Below are positions 9,166 to 17,131 of a stretch of 64,000 nucleotides of DNA, one piece after another. The DNA comes from Dehalococcoidia bacterium (GTDB lineage Bacteria; Chloroflexota; Dehalococcoidia; DSTF01; RBG-16-68-14): contig JBBDXS010000003.1 of NCBI GenBank assembly GCA_040902195.1, positions 108,752 to 172,751 of the forward strand, given 5' to 3'. The translations under genes and the position numbers were made by a program. Position 1 is the first letter of the stretch. Each line of letters starts with the position of its first letter. Under the pieces are notes generated by a model. It made no database searches. It was not told where the DNA came from and saw nothing but the letters and a program-made list of their open reading frames with translations.

Positions 9166-10634
9166 GCTGGCGTTTCGTGCTGCTGGCCGCGTTCGTGATG
9201 GCGCTCTACGCCGGAGCGGCAGCCTCGCCGGCGCCGCGCGCGGAGGGCTGCGCGTTTTCGACTGTGCCGACGGCGTACGAGGCGAACCGGGACCGCGTGG
9301 CGTACCTGCGCGGGCTGGAGCTGGCCGGCTACAACATGATCCTCCCCTCAGACAACTTCTTCGGCACGCCGAACATCGAGATCGGCGCGCGCGACAACCG
9401 TCGTACTGCGGACGATCCGTACATTCCCCCGGTGTTGCTGAAGGCCACGGGCTACGTCGAGAGCGCGATGACGCAAGCGGCGTCCAGCGTGCCGTTCGGC
9501 GCGGTCGGCCCGGCGCTGATCTCGTTCGATTGCGGGCACGGCATCATGCAGATCACGAGCGGCATGACGAGCGGACAGGACGGCGGCTGGCCATCGAAGA
9601 ACCAGGCGCTCGTGGCGACGCATTATCTCTACAACATCGGTCGCGGCGCCGCGATCCTGGCCGACAAGTGGAACGCGGCTCCCGGCTTCCGGCCCATCGC
9701 GGGGACGGACACGGACAGCGACCCGAAGATCGTCGAGAACTGGTACTTCGCGCTCTGGGGATACAACGGCTTTACGGGGCCCGGGGCGAACCGGAGCAAC
9801 CACCCATCGGACCCGATCTACGCCGACTGGCCGCGCACGCCCTTTAGCTGCAACTCCGGCGACAGCAACGGCCACAGTTACGGCAACTACCCCTACCAGG
9901 AAATCGTCTACGGCTGCGCCTCGCGGCCACCGTCCGTGGAGGGCACGCCGCTCTGGACCGCGCCGCCCCTCCCGTTCTCGCTGCCTAACCTGACCAGTAC
10001 GAAATGGGCCGACCCGCTCAGCCTCGATAACTGGAACGCGTGCTCGGGCGGCAGCTTCAACTGCGCAGCGATGGACATCCCTTCGCCGCGTCCGCGGCAC
10101 TACGACGATACGCCGCGGCCGTCGGACGACCTCGCCGCGTACTTGCTCGGCTCGCCGCAGCTTTCCGTGAGCCGAGCGACGTTGGACGTGGGATCGAACA
10201 CGATCACGATCTCGAACACAGGACAGGGCATCCTTTCCTGGCGCGCAAAGCCGGGCCAGGCGTGGGTCAGCGTGAACAAGCAGGGCGGCGTCGCGCTGTC
10301 GAACGACGTGCCGTGCGCCGACGGCGCTCCGTGCACGCGCAGCCCATCGCTCACGATCAACGTCGGGGACGGTCACAACACCGGGTGGGTCGACATCGAA
10401 TCGCTGACCACGGCACAGACGATACGGATCACGCTCGCCAACAACATCTATGATGTCAACTGCGACGGTCAGACGAACCCGATCGATGCGACGTTCATCC
10501 TGCAATACAACGCATCGTTGGTCATGGTGCTTCCCTGCTCTGACAATGCCGATGTGAACCGCGACGGCCACATCGATGCGGTCGACGCAGCACTACTGCT
10601 GCAATACAATGCCGGCCTGATCGGCGAACTCTAG
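9162..10634 (+). CDS. Secreted protein with C-terminal dockerin-type repeats; possible lysozyme-like core
   Basis: The GTG at 9162 overlaps the upstream stop (GTGA) and is followed by a signal peptide. C-terminus: DVNCDGQTNPIDATFILQYNASL / DVNRDGHIDAVDAALLLQYNAGL (dockerin EF-hand pair). GHGIMQITSG resembles an SLT GLMQ motif. Confidence 0.6.
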   Translation: MSWRFVLLAAFVMALYAGAAASPAPRAEGCAFSTVPTAYEANRDRVAYLRGLELAGYNMILPSDNFFGTPNIEIGARDNRRTADDPYIPPVLLKATGYVESAMTQAASSVPFGAVGPALISFDCGHGIMQITSGMTSGQDGGWPSKNQALVATHYLYNIGRGAAILADKWNAAPGFRPIAGTDTDSDPKIVENWYFALWGYNGFTGPGANRSNHPSDPIYADWPRTPFSCNSGDSNGHSYGNYPYQEIVYGCASRPPSVEGTPLWTAPPLPFSLPNLTSTKWADPLSLDNWNACSGGSFNCAAMDIPSPRPRHYDDTPRPSDDLAAYLLGSPQLSVSRATLDVGSNTITISNTGQGILSWRAKPGQAWVSVNKQGGVALSNDVPCADGAPCTRSPSLTINVGDGHNTGWVDIESLTTAQTIRITLANNIYDVNCDGQTNPIDATFILQYNASLVMVLPCSDNADVNRDGHIDAVDAALLLQYNAGLIGEL

Positions 10635-10673
10635 CGAGGGCTGTGATATACTTTCCGGCAGGAGCGGCCCCTG

Positions 10674-11168
10674 ATGCTTGGGCACCTCATCGGTTCCATC
10701 CGCCGCAACCACGCCCTCGAGCACGCGACCATCTCGGTGCTGGCGAGCAAGCTTGGCGACGAGGCTCTGCTCGTTGGCCGGGCGACGCGTAACGGCTTCT
10801 ATCTGTACGGCGATCTGACGTCCGAGAGCGTGCTGGAGAGCACGCGCGAAGCGCTGGGGCGTTTGCGCGGCGGCGAGTCGAACCTGGCGGTCTCGCCCAT
10901 GTGCGGGACGAACCTGGCCGTCGCGGGCGTGCTCGCGGGCCTCTCGTCGCTGCTGGCGCTGGGCAATCGCAGCAGGCGGGAACGTATCCCCAACGTCCTG
11001 CTCGCGTCGATGACGGCTGTGCTTGTCGCGCAGCCTTTGGGACGCCTGGTACAGCAGCACTTCACGACCGACTCCGACCTCTCCGATACGGAGCTGGTGG
11101 GCATCCGGCAGGGCGGCAGAGGCCCCGGGCGCTTCCACAAGGTCGAGACCGCGCGCACCGCGCCCTGA
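10674..11168 (+). CDS. Conserved hypothetical protein (HALEHAT motif, hydrophobic segment)
   Basis: MLGHLIGSIRRNHALEHATISVL...CGTNLAVAGVLAGLSSLLAL. Coding-like composition. No confident family assignment. Confidence 0.45.
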   Translation: MLGHLIGSIRRNHALEHATISVLASKLGDEALLVGRATRNGFYLYGDLTSESVLESTREALGRLRGGESNLAVSPMCGTNLAVAGVLAGLSSLLALGNRSRRERIPNVLLASMTAVLVAQPLGRLVQQHFTTDSDLSDTELVGIRQGGRGPGRFHKVETARTAP

Positions 11169-11180
11169 GACCGATCCCAC

Positions 11181-11257
11181 GTCCCCGTAGCTCAACCGGA
11201 TAGAGCAGCGGACTTCTAATCCGCAGGTTGCAGGTTCGAGTCCTGCCGGGGACGCCA
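11181..11257 (+). tRNA. tRNA-Arg (anticodon TCT); integration target (attL)
   Basis: gtccccg...cggggac acceptor, anticodon arm gcgga-CTTCTAA-tccgc, T-arm gcagg-ttcgagt-cctgc, encoded CCA. An integrase gene lies 190 bp downstream. Confidence 0.9.
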
Positions 11258-11445
11258 GACACCCAACTTCGTATCTGAAGTTGACGGAAGAGCACCCTCC
11301 GATGGCCCATCGCGCCACGCCGTGACCAGCGGATTCGTCCAGCGTTTCCGGACGGTCACAACCAATCCCCTCGTCGTTTGCCCGACCAGCACTGACTGCG
11401 AAAGGAGGCAGTGGAACAATGGTCGCACGACGGAGGTGGAATCAG

Positions 11446-12447
11446 GTGGACAAGTCATCGGTCACACTCGCACGGCTCAGAGAAGCTTACGCCGTGTACA
11501 ACCAAGTGGTGGGTAAGTCGCCCAGAACCATCCACTGGTACAACCAAAAGCTACAGCTTGTTGAGCGGTTCCTCGGGGAGGGCTGCGACCTGGGCGACTT
11601 CACACTGGAATCGGCGCGTGCATATATCGCCGACTTGCAGAACCGCCGGGTACGGTACCAGAACAACGGCTACGTGAAGGACAAGAGCGGCGCGTTGTCG
11701 AGCGCCTATATCCAGGGCTTTGCCCGCGCTCTGCGGGCGTTCTCAACATGGCTAAATCAGGAGGGCTATACCGAGACGAACGTCCTGCAGCCACTGAAGC
11801 CTCCTTGCATCCAGCGCAAGGTCGTCCAGCCACTGACGGACGAGGACGTCCGTCAGATTCTCGGACGCCTCGACCAGAACGACCCCTACGGAGCCCGTGC
11901 CTACGCGATGATCTGGACGCTGCTCGACACCGGCCTCAGGGCTTCCGAGCTCTGCGGCCTGCGCGTCGATAACACGCACATCGAGAAGCAGGGTTTCCTC
12001 AAGGTGCTCGGCAAGGGCAATAAAGAGCGGCTCGTGCCCATCGGAGCGCGCACGATGTCCGTTCTGCTCCGTTGGCGCGACGTGTTCAGGCCGATGTACG
12101 ACGAGCTAGACAGCCCTTACTTTTTCCTCGGCCGAGACGGCGGGCTGATGACCACGATGGCCCTCCAGGAAGTCGTAAAGCGCGCCGGCCGGAACGCGGG
12201 CGTCCCACGCCTGCACTGCCACTTGCTCCGGCACACCTTTGCAACGAACTACCTAGTCATGGAAGTCGGCGACCCGCTCCGGCTCCAGCAGATCCTGGGC
12301 CACACGTCGCTGGAAATGGTCCGGCACTACGTGGCGATGGCCAGCATAGAGCAGAGCTTGTTAGAGAAAAGGCCTTCGCCAATGGATTTGTTCGATAGAG
12401 CCCGGCCTTCCGACAGAACCGCCTACCTCGGAAGAACTCTCAAGTAG
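11446..12447 (+). CDS. Tyrosine-type site-specific recombinase/integrase (XerC/D-like)
   Basis: N-terminal SAM-like core-binding domain (AYAVYNQVVGKSPRTIHWY). Catalytic domain with LDTGLRASEL, HLLRHTFAT and LGHTSLEMVRHY (R..HxxR..Y). Start set to the GTG at 11446 by homology with the paralog, whose equivalent upstream ATG frame is stopped. Confidence 0.9.
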   Translation: MDKSSVTLARLREAYAVYNQVVGKSPRTIHWYNQKLQLVERFLGEGCDLGDFTLESARAYIADLQNRRVRYQNNGYVKDKSGALSSAYIQGFARALRAFSTWLNQEGYTETNVLQPLKPPCIQRKVVQPLTDEDVRQILGRLDQNDPYGARAYAMIWTLLDTGLRASELCGLRVDNTHIEKQGFLKVLGKGNKERLVPIGARTMSVLLRWRDVFRPMYDELDSPYFFLGRDGGLMTTMALQEVVKRAGRNAGVPRLHCHLLRHTFATNYLVMEVGDPLRLQQILGHTSLEMVRHYVAMASIEQSLLEKRPSPMDLFDRARPSDRTAYLGRTLK

Positions 12448-13565
12448 AATTCTTTGGAACGCCCGTAGTCATCGCACAATGCCCTGTCGACATGGTGGCC
12501 CCTAAACGGGCCTATGCTCCAAGCCGCAACGTCGCTTATCCATGCGGTCAGCTCCAAGGGGTCAACCAGGGCCATTCGCGGCTGATATCTTGCAGCAAGC
12601 TGCCTGGCTGATCGGGAGAACTTGGACGTCGTGACCATTACGCCGTAGTCGGCATTCTGATCGATCACGGTAAACATGAATTCTTTCAACTGAGAGAGCC
12701 TGACCGGTTCGGAGCGATGTCGCTTGCATTCCACGAACGTGACAATTGGTAGCTCCGAACCTCTCTGGATCACAATTACATCTTTGCCGTCATCCCAACT
12801 GGCCGGCGTCAGAACGACGTCGTAGCCCAAGCTTCGAAGCAAGGAGGCCACGAGCGCCTCGAACTTGCGGGGGTTGGTCTCCGGTAAGTGGTCAGGCCGG
12901 CGTGACAGATACCTGACTACTTCGGGCTGAATTAGAGTCTCACTATCCGCGAGCGACTTAACAAGTGCCGCGTCTGATTGAATGCTAGCTGTGTCGTCCC
13001 AAACCAATTGAATGTCCTGCGTCTTCAACATGGTCGTCAACCAGCAGTAGGAAAAGCGGAAGATATCATAGTCCGAAAGATCTGGCGCTCTTATGAATGC
13101 CGTGCCACACGATCTTGTAGACGGGTCCCCGAACATGATCGCGTCGAGGTCAAGTTCTATCGTACGTTTACGTACATCAACGAGCGAAGGAAGGCCGTCG
13201 CTAAGGTCTTCGCTATCAGCTGTTCTATAGTCCAATTCAAATGCTGCCTGTCGCATTCGTTCCCAGTCGTCAGAGCAGTCCTTTTCCTCTGGGCCGGTCA
13301 CCTCGAGGGTTAGAACATAAGGGGGCTTGCTTCTCGCTGACTCTTGGTCGGGAAACAGAAGAACGTCATCCCAGAAGTAGCGCAGGCTCAGTTCGTCTTC
13401 GACCGAGGGCCATGGCTGGCCAGGAGTCCGAACCAGTCGCCATAGAGCGACGGATCGGAGCCGCTTCGCCCTCCGCCACCAGGGGCGACCAGGACTCTCT
13501 CGCGCCGCCGTAAAGTCGAGACGACGAGATTGGCCGCGCAATAGCCGCCCAGGGAGGGGTTTCAT
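12423..13565 (-). CDS. Mrr-type restriction endonuclease domain protein with a large unknown N-terminal domain
   Basis: C-terminal FEALVASLLRSLGYDVVLTPASWDDGKDVIVIQ...VTFVECKRH...YGVMVTTSKFS matches the Mrr_cat PD-(D/E)xK core. GGAGGA Shine-Dalgarno sequence 5 nt upstream of the ATG. The 3' end overlaps the integrase 3' end by 25 nt. Confidence 0.7.
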   Translation of the reverse strand: MKPLPGRLLRGQSRRLDFTAARESPGRPWWRRAKRLRSVALWRLVRTPGQPWPSVEDELSLRYFWDDVLLFPDQESARSKPPYVLTLEVTGPEEKDCSDDWERMRQAAFELDYRTADSEDLSDGLPSLVDVRKRTIELDLDAIMFGDPSTRSCGTAFIRAPDLSDYDIFRFSYCWLTTMLKTQDIQLVWDDTASIQSDAALVKSLADSETLIQPEVVRYLSRRPDHLPETNPRKFEALVASLLRSLGYDVVLTPASWDDGKDVIVIQRGSELPIVTFVECKRHRSEPVRLSQLKEFMFTVIDQNADYGVMVTTSKFSRSARQLAARYQPRMALVDPLELTAWISDVAAWSIGPFRGHHVDRALCDDYGRSKEFYLRVLPR

Positions 13566-13611
13566 GGAGGTCCTCCGGGGAGGAGCGGGCCCGGCCAGCC
13601 TTCCGAGTGAG

Positions 13612-13911
13612 CTACCTAAGGCTCGCCGGAAGGACTAACGGTTTGTAGTCCGCCGCCATCAGCAGTTCGTCGACTTCTTCGACTGCGAGGCCGAGACCAA
13701 ATGCGCCGAGGAGAATCACGGCGTCCCGGCTCGGGTTCTCGCGCTCTCCAGAGAGGAGTCTCGACAAGTAGCTCTCGTCGAGCCAGGCGTCCCGGGCGAT
13801 CTGCGACTGTCGCTTGCCGCGCAGTTTCGCTCGGTCGCCGTACCTCTGTAGGAGAGCCGTCAACGTTCCGTTAGCGACTCGCTGAACGCGGGTAGGGTCG
13901 AGTGTTCTCAT
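13612..13911 (-). CDS. Small HTH DNA-binding protein (XRE-like)
   Basis: GKRQSQIARDAWLDESYLSRLLSGERENPSRDAVILL is an HTH. GGAGG lies 6 nt before the ATG at 13911 (the track start at 13917 is a TTG). A paralog is found at 45911-46193. Confidence 0.6.
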   Translation of the reverse strand: MRTLDPTRVQRVANGTLTALLQRYGDRAKLRGKRQSQIARDAWLDESYLSRLLSGERENPSRDAVILLGAFGLGLAVEEVDELLMAADYKPLVLPASLR

Positions 13912-14580
13912 GGTCAACCTCCAAATCTACACACTCATCGAAGGCTGACCTGTTCGACCCGTTGGACTAGGGCCCGCCCCTCCTTTCGCGCACCATTCTG
14001 GATCGACGAGTGCCAGCGCGTCAATGCCCGCCAGGCAATGCCTTCACACCAGCATCAGGTTTACGATCCGCGGTGAGAGGAGTCGACGGTTGAGCGGGAT
14101 GAGACAAGCGGTTCAGGTGCTGCCCCTCCCCTGTAAGGAGGTGATGTAGCGATGAGTGAACAGACAACCGAGTTTCCGGAACCAGAGTTGCCGGAAGATC
14201 CCGAGGCACGTCGCGAGTTAGCCGGCAGTTCGTTGGCCTGATATCGATGTACGTCGAAGATGGCGAGCGAGCGTACCGAGCTATCCGTCAGACACTGCCG
14301 CAATTGCGTGAACTGCTCGACTAGACCGAATCGCACCCAACCTACTCTAACCGTCACTCCTCCTGCCCCATTGATCCGCTCCGATCTACTTCGATACTCA
14401 ATGCCCGTCTTGACAGGCATTCGACCATGCACCTGTAGAATTAGCCCCTGTAGGGTCGGCCTGTACCCTCCCAACGGCAAGGGGAGCAGTAGGCGACGAT
14501 GTTTGTCCATCCCGCCGGCGCAAGCGACGCCCGCGGCAAAGCGGCCGCCACGGCGCTCATAGGCCGACCCGGCGTACACC

Positions 14581-14835
14581 ATGCGTACCGTTACTTACAC
14601 TGTACTGATAACGAAACATCCGAAGGGCTTCGTGGCGACCTGTCCAGCCCTCAACGATTGCACCACGCTCGGCAAAAGCCGGGCCGGTGCGTATAAGGCG
14701 ATCAAGGACCTCATCAGGCGTCGCCTCATCAAGCTCATCGAAAGCGAGCAGCAACCTCCGACCGACCCAGTCGTCTCCGTCAAACACCTGCGTATCGACC
14801 TTCTCGAGATCCACAAGGAATTGGACCTGCGATGA
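14581..14835 (+). CDS. hicB: HicB-like antitoxin / UPF0150 family protein
   Basis: YTVLITKHPKGFVATCPALNDCTTLGKSRAGAYKAIKDLI is typical of the HicB N-terminal fold. No HicA partner was identified nearby. Confidence 0.55.
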   Translation: MRTVTYTVLITKHPKGFVATCPALNDCTTLGKSRAGAYKAIKDLIRRRLIKLIESEQQPPTDPVVSVKHLRIDLLEIHKELDLR

Positions 14836-14852
14836 GCAGGTGTAGGCCACAG

Positions 14853-14889
14853 GTGTTGGCCAAAGGGGTTGGCTTTCAGCGGCCAACAC
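14853..14889. other. Inverted repeat in a 0.45-0.6 kb non-coding stretch upstream of the replication-relaxation gene (oriT candidate)
   Basis: gtgttggcc-N19-ggccaacac (perfect 9-bp arms). The surrounding ORFs in the track have junk-like composition. Confidence 0.3.
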
Positions 14890-15433
14890 CAAGCGCCTCA
14901 AGCCCACGGGCATCGAGCCCTTGGCCTGAGCAAGGGGGAAGCGTCAAAACCCTCATACAGCGGACTCTGTCTCGACCGCGCAATAGCGCCGTCAGTCCAC
15001 CGCAATCGGGTTTCAACCGTCGTCGGCTCGCTCCACTGGGTGGTTCCGCGAACCCGACCACCCCCGCCTCCGCCGGTCTTCGTCGCTTTGCGACTCGCCC
15101 GGTTCCCTCGGGGCTTCGCCCTTCGGCGGACGCGGCGGGCTCGCACGTGCCTGCGGCACTTACTCACCCGCTCGCTAGGCGGAGGTGGTCGGCTTACGCC
15201 GACGACGTGGGGCGCTCGGCATTCCCCCTTGAACCTCCTTCCTTCGCGCCCAAGGGATTGCCCGCTACGCGGGCTCAGATTTCGTGGAACGGCTCATCAG
15301 CCGCCTTGAGGTCGATCGACCGCTCTACGGCGTCTTGGCGGCCCTGGAGGGGCTTTTGAAAAGCGCTACGCCAATAACAACAGTGACCACAACGCGACTG
15401 CCACGCTATCGGCGGGCCAGCTCCCCGCCTGCG

Positions 15434-16258
15434 ATGCAGCTCACGGCTCGTGACATTCGAATTGTGCGCTGGGTCTACGAGATGCGGTTCATGACCCGCG
15501 AGCAGATCCAGCGTTTGGAGTTCTCGCCGTCAACTGCCTCCTATTGCAAGCGGCGGCTGGCCCTGCTCTTTCACAACGGCTACCTCGACCGGAAGTTCAT
15601 TCCCGCGCCGGGCAGCTTTGGTTCCACGCGGGCGATCTATTGTCTCGACAGCAAGGGTGCACAACTTCTTGCATACGAGCTCAAGACCGACATCGACTGG
15701 CGTCCGCGTCACGCCGAGCGAGAGCTGTACTTCCTACAGCACGCCCTGGCTAGCAACGACTTTCGCCTCTGTGCTACCATCGCCTCTCGGCGTCTCGGGC
15801 TCGCGCTCGACTGGACGGACGAGCGGACCCTGCGGCGGAAGGAGATGAAGGACTACGTGGCGGACCCACGGCATGGAGGCCAAAAGCTGGCGGTCATCCC
15901 CGACGGCTACTTCACACTGTCCGATCGCGACAAGAACTTAGCTTTTGCGCTCGAACTCGACCGCTCGACGGTCGAGGAGAAGCCCTTCAAGGCTAAGGTG
16001 CGGGCCTACGGCGAGTGGAAACTCACGGGCGCCTACCAAAGGCGCTTCGGCACGGACAGCCTGCGCATCCTCTTTGTCATCGCCTCCAATCATCGGGACC
16101 GCCACCGCCTCGAGCGCGCCAAGCGCTGGTGTGAAGCCGAAGGCGGGCGGTCTCTCTTCTGGTTTGCCGACTCCGCAGACATCAACGAAGCTACGATTTT
16201 CAACGAGCCGATCTGGCAGATCGCAGGACGCGAGGGCAGCTTCACACTGCTCCAATAG
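15434..16258 (+). CDS. Replication-relaxation family protein
   Basis: MQLTARDIRIVRWVYEMRFMTREQIQRLEFSPSTASYCKRRLALLFHNGYLDRKFIP...IPDGYFTL...FALELDRST is the hallmark of the Replic_Relax family. The alternative upstream start at 15284 would add 50 non-conserved-looking residues. Confidence 0.75.
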   Translation: MQLTARDIRIVRWVYEMRFMTREQIQRLEFSPSTASYCKRRLALLFHNGYLDRKFIPAPGSFGSTRAIYCLDSKGAQLLAYELKTDIDWRPRHAERELYFLQHALASNDFRLCATIASRRLGLALDWTDERTLRRKEMKDYVADPRHGGQKLAVIPDGYFTLSDRDKNLAFALELDRSTVEEKPFKAKVRAYGEWKLTGAYQRRFGTDSLRILFVIASNHRDRHRLERAKRWCEAEGGRSLFWFADSADINEATIFNEPIWQIAGREGSFTLLQ

Positions 16259-16267
16259 GAGGCGGCT

Positions 16268-17131
16268 ATGATCTGGTGGTTTACCTCGACACGACACGAT
16301 CTCGCCATCAAGTCTTGGGTCCGGCAGTGGGTCGGCGGCACGATGCTAGATCGCTGGCTCCAGATTTCCGTTCCGGGCTTCGTCTGGTTCACTCTGTGGT
16401 TTTACCTTGCCCTGGCACTCTACAGCGGGTCGGGAGACAACGGCAGTGGCGGCATTTTCTTCTTCCTCTTCATCGGAACCTTCCCTTGGTGGTTCTGGAT
16501 CGCTGACATGATCATCGACCACTTCCACGTCCAGGCCGACTTGCAGAGGTACGCCTCATCGGAGGATGTCATCATGGCCACACGCTGCGAGTACCAAGGT
16601 GGCCACCCGCAACTTCCTCACGGGCGGTTTGCCTACCTCTTGCTCGAAGGAACGCGCGAAGACCCGAACATCACACTGGGCTTTCCGGCTCCGCCCGGTC
16701 AAACGCCGGACCACTTCAGTATGCCTTTGCTCGATCTTGTGACGCTGGGTCAGAACTCCCAACAGCACGATTCGCCTGCAGGTGATGCCGTGGCCAGCAT
16801 GATCGGCGAGATGGCCAAGAACGCCTCGCTCAAAGAAGCTGCAGGCAAGTTCCTGCGGCCTGAAAGAATCACGCTGGCGGTGCAGTATCAAGGAGTAGCC
16901 GGAAGGAAACACGAAGTCGAAGTCACGAACTTCTTCCACGGCAACGGAGAGATTCGCAACTGGCGCAACTACTTAATCTGCGCACAGGCGGAGGCCGACA
17001 CAGGCATCGTGCCCTTCGGTCCGTGGAAGAGCCTCAAGCCAGGATTGCCAACAGTCGAGGAGGTGCCAAGTGACTATTCTCGGGACGGAGGTCAACGACC
17101 GCCAAGACGTAGTGCTTTCGCCCGAAGGTAG
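16268..17131 (+). CDS. Membrane protein, unknown function
   Basis: Three or four TM helices in the first 90 aa (FVWFTLWFYLALALY, IFFFLFIGTFPWWFWIADMII). The soluble C-terminal domain has no recognisable motif. Confidence 0.5.
   Translation: MIWWFTSTRHDLAIKSWVRQWVGGTMLDRWLQISVPGFVWFTLWFYLALALYSGSGDNGSGGIFFFLFIGTFPWWFWIADMIIDHFHVQADLQRYASSEDVIMATRCEYQGGHPQLPHGRFAYLLLEGTREDPNITLGFPAPPGQTPDHFSMPLLDLVTLGQNSQQHDSPAGDAVASMIGEMAKNASLKEAAGKFLRPERITLAVQYQGVAGRKHEVEVTNFFHGNGEIRNWRNYLICAQAEADTGIVPFGPWKSLKPGLPTVEEVPSDYSRDGGQRPPRRSAFARR

Noticed and set aside
10593-11458. Minus-strand ORFs running through the tRNA-Arg(UCU) gene (10593-11318, 11062-11310, 11216-11458).
   Set aside because: They overlap a well-formed tRNA and a supported + strand gene. 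They are treated as non-genes, except that the 42062-42274 equivalent is discussed as part of the attP-fusion hypothesis.
14152-14322. An RBS-preceded 29-codon ORF (MSEQTTEFPEPELPEDPEARRELAGSSLA), followed in another frame by ...FVGLISMYVEDGERAYRAIRQTLPQLRELLD. This could be a frameshifted small gene, or a partner for HicB.
   Set aside because: It has no recognisable family. Making it one gene requires a frameshift, and it cannot be distinguished from chance ORFs without comparative data.
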